Shown here: in pieces, positions 58,897 through 64,000 of the stretch
Position numbering within the stretch: the stretch's first letter is position 1
Layout of the letters: the number at the start of each line of letters is the position of its first letter
IMG/VR virus record: IMGVR_UViG_3300042691_017862
DNA: 64,000 nucleotides
Reading direction: 5' to 3' (one strand)
DNA from: an uncultured virus (IMG/VR IMGVR_UViG_3300042691_017862)
Taxonomy: Duplodnaviria > Heunggongvirae > Uroviricota > Caudoviricetes
Program-made: the position numbers and the translations under genes
The notes under the pieces: model-generated
Database searches by the model: none
Told to the model about the DNA's origin: nothing
The model's input: the letters and a program-made list of their open reading frames with translations, nothing else

Positions 58897-61110
58897 TTAT
58901 GTTAAGTAAGAGTAAGAAATTACTAGTTTATCGGTAGCTACTAGTTCAGAAGCACCACCTGTAGCTAGGTCACCAGCGAAGGTGATACGAGTAACTCCAC
59001 CAGATCCACCGGTAAGAGATACAGTGTAATCAACGCCTTTTTCTTGTAGTAATCCACCAATAACAGTGAGGCTAATAGAGTTGTCAGAAGCACTTGCACC
59101 ATGTACAGCGTGAGCCAAATCTACGTATTGGTTTGTGATATCACCAGCAATCAAAGTGATCTTTTGTTCTGTTTGCTTTAAAGACTCAATCTCATTAGAA
59201 CCATTGATCTTGATAGTTTCAGCATCAACTTTAACTCTTAATTGACCAGCAGCATTTCCCGGATTGGTAGATTCCAAACCAGAACTAGAAGCTAAGTCAA
59301 CAGAAATGATCTGACTAGAAACAGAGATCATGTCTCCACCAGATAAAGAAGCAGCACTAATTGCAGAACTAATAGCAGAATTTAGTTGATCGTATTCAAC
59401 AGAATCACCTGTTGCACTACCAGCAGCAAGACCAGTAATCTTATTACCAGCCATTGCAATGTTGCCAGACATAGAACCACCAGCAAGTGGTAAGTAATCA
59501 GCAAGTGCGGTGTTTAATTGGTCGTATTCAACCGCATCGCCTGATAGAGTACCAGCAGCCATGCTAGAGATTTTTCTACCTGACATATCAACAGTACCAT
59601 CAAGTTTGATAATACCATTACCAGCGTCAGCTACTAAGTCAATGCCAACAGCAGAAGACATCAAAATCTTACCACTACCATCGTCCATGTCGAGAGATGT
59701 AGTGTTGGCAGAATTTTTAATTGCGTATGTGCTTACGTCTAAGTCACCACCAAGTGTAGGACTAGTATCTTCAACAATAGATTGAATACCAGCAGCAGCA
59801 ACCGCAGCAGCATCTGCGTATGCGGTAGTTGCAATAGCGGTACTGTTATCTCCCGGAGATTGTGTAGGAGCGGTAGGAGTTCCAGTGAGAGCAGGAGAAG
59901 CTAAATCAGCTTTAAGATCAAGTTGTCCTTTATTTACAGCATCACCAGAAGCTGTACCGTCTGCCATGTTGGTAACCTTGTTGGTTGCACCCATATCAAT
60001 CTTACTATTGAGAACAACACCCGCAGCACCCGCATTTAAGTCAATGGTATCACCATTAATGATAACGCTATATGTAGGATCGTTAGCTTGTAGAGTTAAG
60101 TTTGAACTTACTGCATCAATCAAAATACCATTTGAATCTGTTAATACAGTACTACCAGACATTGCGAATGAACCACTACCAGTAATACTAAAACTGTTTA
60201 GATCTAGTGAGCCACCAAGTTGTGGAGAAGTATCTTCAACTACAGCAGAAATACCGCCACCAGCAGTTACAGCCGCATCAACATAAGCAGTAGTAGCAAT
60301 TTGTGTTGAGTTAGTAGAAGGAGCTGCAGTAGGAGCTGTAGGAGTTCCAGTCAACGCAGGAGAAGCAAGGTCAGCTTTCAATGCAAGAGCATCAAACACC
60401 GCATTCTGAGAAGGAGCTACGTCTGTAATTCCGTCTGTAATACTGTCAGCAACAGCCGCAGTTTTTGCTCTAGTATCTGTAAAATATAGATTTGTAGCAC
60501 CTTCTGATAAATCATCTGTATCTTTACCACTTAGAGAAGAATCAAATCTTGCTTCTGTGTAATAAAAGTTAGATGCGCCTTCAGAAACGTCATCGCTATC
60601 AAGAGATACAACACCAGTTTGTCCGTTTACTGACACAACTTCATTTGAGTTGATTGATTTTTCCCAGATAGATCCACTGTAAACCGCGAAGTCACCTACG
60701 TTAAAAGAGATAGCACCAGCACCGAAATCGGTACTACCAGCAACACTCGCTCTGTATACATCACCCGCATTACCAGTTCCGTTAGCTAATGTTGGAGAGT
60801 TTGTAGAAGCATTCCAGTTTCCTTTGTATTCCATGATGGAATTAGGGAGCTGGGAAGATGGGATTTTTCCACCGGCATCAAGAGTTGCGATACCGTCGTT
60901 GGCACCTAGCAAAGAAGCATCTAGTAAATCATTTGCTCCAACTTTTGGAACAGATACAAAGACCAACTCGTCTGAGCTGTTAATTTTGAGGATGTCAATG
61001 TCAGCATTGTTTGCTGCATTTCTACCACGAATTGCTTGATCGTTATCTAAAAGGATTTTTGATCCGTCTACCTGATTACTTCCAATGAACTTCTTTTTGA
61101 TTTGTGCCAT
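58897..61110 (-). CDS. Tail fibre / fibre-like virion protein with internal repeats
   Basis: YKGNWNASTNSP, VVSVNGQTGVV, TDDLSEGATNLYFT, two LKADLASPALTGTPTAPT and two EDTSP.LGG.LD units. Confidence 0.8.
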   Translation of the reverse strand: MAQIKKKFIGSNQVDGSKILLDNDQAIRGRNAANNADIDILKINSSDELVFVSVPKVGANDLLDASLLGANDGIATLDAGGKIPSSQLPNSIMEYKGNWNASTNSPTLANGTGNAGDVYRASVAGSTDFGAGAISFNVGDFAVYSGSIWEKSINSNEVVSVNGQTGVVSLDSDDVSEGASNFYYTEARFDSSLSGKDTDDLSEGATNLYFTDTRAKTAAVADSITDGITDVAPSQNAVFDALALKADLASPALTGTPTAPTAAPSTNSTQIATTAYVDAAVTAGGGISAVVEDTSPQLGGSLDLNSFSITGSGSFAMSGSTVLTDSNGILIDAVSSNLTLQANDPTYSVIINGDTIDLNAGAAGVVLNSKIDMGATNKVTNMADGTASGDAVNKGQLDLKADLASPALTGTPTAPTQSPGDNSTAIATTAYADAAAVAAAGIQSIVEDTSPTLGGDLDVSTYAIKNSANTTSLDMDDGSGKILMSSAVGIDLVADAGNGIIKLDGTVDMSGRKISSMAAGTLSGDAVEYDQLNTALADYLPLAGGSMSGNIAMAGNKITGLAAGSATGDSVEYDQLNSAISSAISAASLSGGDMISVSSQIISVDLASSSGLESTNPGNAAGQLRVKVDAETIKINGSNEIESLKQTEQKITLIAGDITNQYVDLAHAVHGASASDNSISLTVIGGLLQEKGVDYTVSLTGGSGGVTRITFAGDLATGGASELVATDKLVISYSYLT

Positions 61111-61127
61111 GATTTATATATCTCCTT

Positions 61128-61436
61128 TTAAGATACGTAGTTTATTATTAATGTCATTCCTGATTCAAGTAGAGGCTCTAGTCCTAGACCATTCCAAGAA
61201 AGTGTTGTTCCGGAAACAGTGTAATCTGTTCCGTAAATTTGCATAGTGCCTTCTGCTACATCAAGCATTACATCACTAGATTCTAGTGGTGTATTTAGAA
61301 GCGTAACCGATTTGTTTGCAATATCTGTGCTATCTAATGTGAAGTATTCTACATTGTTTGTTGTAGAACTTCCACCACCGCCACTAGTTGACGGTATAAG
61401 ACCAGCATACTGCAACGGATTATAGCGGAATCCCAT
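61128..61436 (-). CDS. Virion-associated protein
   Basis: Resembles the C-terminal domain of the 737-aa fibre (DI.NK.V.L, G.DYTVS). Confidence 0.6.
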   Translation of the reverse strand: MGFRYNPLQYAGLIPSTSGGGGSSTTNNVEYFTLDSTDIANKSVTLLNTPLESSDVMLDVAEGTMQIYGTDYTVSGTTLSWNGLGLEPLLESGMTLIINYVS

Positions 61437-61705
61437 TACGATATTCTTTCTGCTGATAGTAGAACTTGTCTAGTACCATCGCTGTAAATGTTTTTAATGA
61501 CCATCAACGTATTCCCGTTATCAGAATACGTAATAGTTTCAGAATCGTTTGCAACGTTTGTAGTAGTAGTTGCGATAGAAATCTTATGTCCTACTTTACC
61601 AGCTAGAAAACCGTCTACCGACGTAGTAGCAGTTTCCTGATTGTACGTAGATTGTTGAGTCTGGTTTGCGTCCCGTTCTGACAGTCTTTTTGATGTTGTA
61701 CTCAT
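61436..61705 (-). CDS. Hypothetical protein
   Basis: ORF track. Confidence 0.65.
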   Translation of the reverse strand: MSTTSKRLSERDANQTQQSTYNQETATTSVDGFLAGKVGHKISIATTTTNVANDSETITYSDNGNTLMVIKNIYSDGTRQVLLSAERIS

Positions 61706-61708
61706 ACC

Positions 61709-61948
61709 TTACCATTTTCCTAGTGGACATTTCATAGAATTCAATCCCGCTTTAGCCTTGAGGAAACATCCACATTCCCCACACTGCATTTGACCTGCTA
61801 AACTTTTTAAAGAAGGACAGTCTTTACACGTATCTAACCTTCTTTGCTTTTCTTCGTCGCTAACTGTTACGTCGTTTCCTTCTGCAACATTTTTAGCAAC
61901 ACTTTTAGCAGATTCTAAAGCAAGCTTAACTTTGTTAATTAGACTCAT
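61709..61948 (-). CDS. Cys-rich DUF6171-like protein
   Basis: RLDTCKDCP...CGECGCFL.AKA...CPLGKW. Confidence 0.7.
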   Translation of the reverse strand: MSLINKVKLALESAKSVAKNVAEGNDVTVSDEEKQRRLDTCKDCPSLKSLAGQMQCGECGCFLKAKAGLNSMKCPLGKW

Positions 61949-62285
61949 TAACTTCGCTCAACGCTGTTAGAAGTTGACTAAAAGAGTTTTTATCAAACGA
62001 ATCTCCACCAACAAATTCACCATTAGCAAATACAAAAGTGTACGGAAGAGTTTCGCATTGATATTTCTCAAAAAATTCTTTATTAGAATCTTCTGCTTTG
62101 ATATTAATGACTTGAACACCCTTTGCTTTTGCGTCGTTAATAAGATCTGGAAGATCGCTTTTAAACGCTTGACAAGCAGGACAAGTATCTGCTAATGTAT
62201 TAACAAGAACATGACCGAATTGTTTACTCTTATCAAGAGCATCTAATCCGGTAGAAAATCCGATAGTTTCGATAATATTATTCAT
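61935..62285 (-). CDS. Thioredoxin-like protein
   Basis: CPAC active site; cis-Pro motif TLPYT; F.NGE. Confidence 0.8.
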   Translation of the reverse strand: MNNIIETIGFSTGLDALDKSKQFGHVLVNTLADTCPACQAFKSDLPDLINDAKAKGVQVINIKAEDSNKEFFEKYQCETLPYTFVFANGEFVGGDSFDKNSFSQLLTALSEVNESN

Positions 62286-62291
62286 AAATAT

Positions 62292-62320
62292 AGGATATCC
62301 TTTCTGTTTTTATTTGTCAA
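62292..62320 (-). promoter_or_regulatory. sigma70-type promoter, leaderless thioredoxin transcript
   Basis: TTGACA-17 bp-TATCCT on - strand; ATG 6 nt downstream. Confidence 0.65.
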
Positions 62321-62326
62321 GTGTTA

Positions 62327-64000
62327 TTATCGAGCACCCATACAAATTACGTTACATGTATCCTGAAGAGCTGCACCTGAAGTTGTGTTAATTACTGCAA
62401 CAGAAAATGTGCTTGCCGTTAAACCAGAAGCATAACAACTACGTCCAGTAATTGAGTTTGTATTTAAGTTAGCAACGCAAGTAGGTGTAGATGCGAAAGG
62501 TGTCGTCATTGTAATTGTACATACACTTCCAGAGCAAGTACTTGAAGATACGAAAGAACCAGATTGACTGGCTACGGTAAATGAACCACTTGCGCTAGTA
62601 GAACCTGTTACTCTCTCAATCCTCTCAGCCCCACTAGAGTTAGAAGTGACTGAGCCAATTAAAATTGGGGCTGTTTGAGAATAGTATTCTTCTACGATGA
62701 TAACACCTGAACCACCCGCTCCACCTCCAGTAGCTCCGCCTGCTCCTACTGTATAAGAATAAGATAATGCAGGATTACTTATTAACGCTTCAATGTATCC
62801 ACCTGCTCCTCCACCAGTACCAGAATATCCAGTAGCTTGTGGAATACCTAAACCTGCTCCACCTGAACCAGTGTTAGCTTTACCTGCTGCAGAGTTAGAT
62901 CCGCCTGCGCCTCCAAATGGAGAAGCTGCTCCCGCACCTCCGGGAGAATAACCGCCTGCAGGAGGAGATGTTTGACCAGACCCTACTCCACCACTAACTG
63001 CAACGATGGAAATAGCCGGAGAAGCTACTGTAGCAGTACCGCCTGCGCCCCCAGACTGGTTTGTACCCGATCCTGCGGGACCACCTGAACCTCCAGTAGC
63101 AGTTAAAAAAGTACCAAAAGTAGTGTTACCGCCTGCAGATCCTGCAGTACCAGTGTTAGATCCTGCTCCGCCTGATCCACCTCCACCTACCATTTTTACT
63201 TTAATAAAAGTAGCTCCAGTAGAAGGGGTGTAAGTACTTGATCCAACAGTAGTGAATGTCTGAATAGTAGGAGCTTTCTGTTGATTAGCAGCAATAACTT
63301 GTTGAGCAGATGCTACATCTGTGCCCGTTTTTTGACATGTTACAGTAACTCCCCTAGCTCCGTTAGTACCTACTGAATCGAATGTTCTATAAGTAAACGT
63401 AGTGGTAGATGTAGATGTGATCTGAGCAGTAGAAGTTACGGTAGCTCCATCTAAGGAGATCACGCATATTGGAGTAGATGCAAAAAATCCTGTAACAAAT
63501 GTACAAGTATAAGAACCAGATCCAGAACATGAAGAGATAAAATTACTAGGAGTCTGATCTGATACAGATGCTCCACTTGAAATCCTAGCATTAAATACTG
63601 TAGGCTTATAATAATTACCAATGTTTGTTGCTCTACCATAATTGACATTTGCAATATTTAAACTAGATGCTCCACTATTTCCCGTTACGTTACTAATACG
63701 AACAGTAGTAGAGTTGGTAAGATCACCACAAGGAACATTCAATGATAATGATGACTGAGTTGGAGTAGCAGATAGTACTTGAGATCCATTTACAACACTG
63801 TTGATAAGTACCTGAGCTTGTACAGCAGATCCAAGGGAAGTAATCTTATAGTCAAAGGTTAGTTGACAGTTTTGGTTTTTTAATGAATTATCTAAAGTAT
63901 CTAGAGCAAATTCTACGTAGTCAGTTGTATTATTTGGTAATGTAATTGCGAAGTCTGATATACCAGTAAGAGGAGTTGTTGTGTTTTTAGCAACCGTTGC
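62327..64000 (-). CDS. Glycine-rich tail fibre/spike protein (5' end lies outside the window)
   Basis: Frame stays open from 63742 to 64000; VKMVGGGGSGG...GGSGVIIVEEY glycine-rich domain flanked by two repeated H-type-lectin-like modules. Confidence 0.75.
   Translation of the reverse strand, partial: ATVAKNTTTPLTGISDFAITLPNNTTDYVEFALDTLDNSLKNQNCQLTFDYKITSLGSAVQAQVLINSVVNGSQVLSATPTQSSLSLNVPCGDLTNSTTVRISNVTGNSGASSLNIANVNYGRATNIGNYYKPTVFNARISSGASVSDQTPSNFISSCSGSGSYTCTFVTGFFASTPICVISLDGATVTSTAQITSTSTTTFTYRTFDSVGTNGARGVTVTCQKTGTDVASAQQVIAANQQKAPTIQTFTTVGSSTYTPSTGATFIKVKMVGGGGSGGAGSNTGTAGSAGGNTTFGTFLTATGGSGGPAGSGTNQSGGAGGTATVASPAISIVAVSGGVGSGQTSPPAGGYSPGGAGAASPFGGAGGSNSAAGKANTGSGGAGLGIPQATGYSGTGGGAGGYIEALISNPALSYSYTVGAGGATGGGAGGSGVIIVEEYYSQTAPILIGSVTSNSSGAERIERVTGSTSASGSFTVASQSGSFVSSSTCSGSVCTITMTTPFASTPTCVANLNTNSITGRSCYASGLTASTFSVAVINTTSGAALQDTCNVICMGAR

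Noticed and set aside
1499..63654. Numerous antisense ORFs (e.g. 1499..1894, 3937..4482, 37609..38058, 50764..51204, 59885..60286)
   Set aside because: They are shadows of well-supported genes on the opposite strand and lack SDs or motifs
58897..64000. Diversity-generating retroelement acting on tail fibres
   Set aside because: No reverse transcriptase and no adenine-specific TR/VR pair; the repeats are ordinary in-frame fibre modules

Overview
This is the left ~64 kb of an AT-rich, apparently lytic dsDNA tailed phage genome, probably podovirus-like. It carries internal/ejection-protein and tail-tube/nozzle-like genes, and no integrase, capsid or terminase is visible in this window. There are three blocks. 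(i) ~1-7.3 kb is an early region of small + strand genes. (ii) ~7.3-44.2 kb holds + strand middle genes: class II RNR, DenV, dUTPase, PD-(D/E)XK nuclease, ERF, primase-helicase fusion, a split family-B DNA polymerase, HNH nucleases, a GT9 glycosyltransferase plus methyltransferase, an AAA+ ATPase, several lipoproteins and tRNA-Asn, with canonical sigma70 promoters. (iii) 44.2-64 kb holds - strand virion genes. The most striking signal is an apparent complete sigma54 (RpoN) regulatory module in the early region. Six -24/-12 promoters (TGGCAY-N5-RTGCA) are each preceded by a tandem pair of 17-bp palindromic boxes (consensus TGTCTAAA-N-TTTAGACA) at near-fixed distance. Two phage genes encode stand-alone Fis-type HTH domains resembling the DNA-binding tail of FleQ/FlrA-type enhancer-binding proteins. 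Other notable signals: a dense cluster of TCAAC(T/G)A heptamers concentrated in the first 2.75 kb, two ~143-nt tRNA-like structured RNAs, an SD-sequestering pseudoknot leader, a TAACAACTA late-gene motif, an AUU-initiated denV and an orphan Xre/MbcA/ParS-like antitoxin domain. All protein family calls come from motif recognition by eye; no database searches were run.
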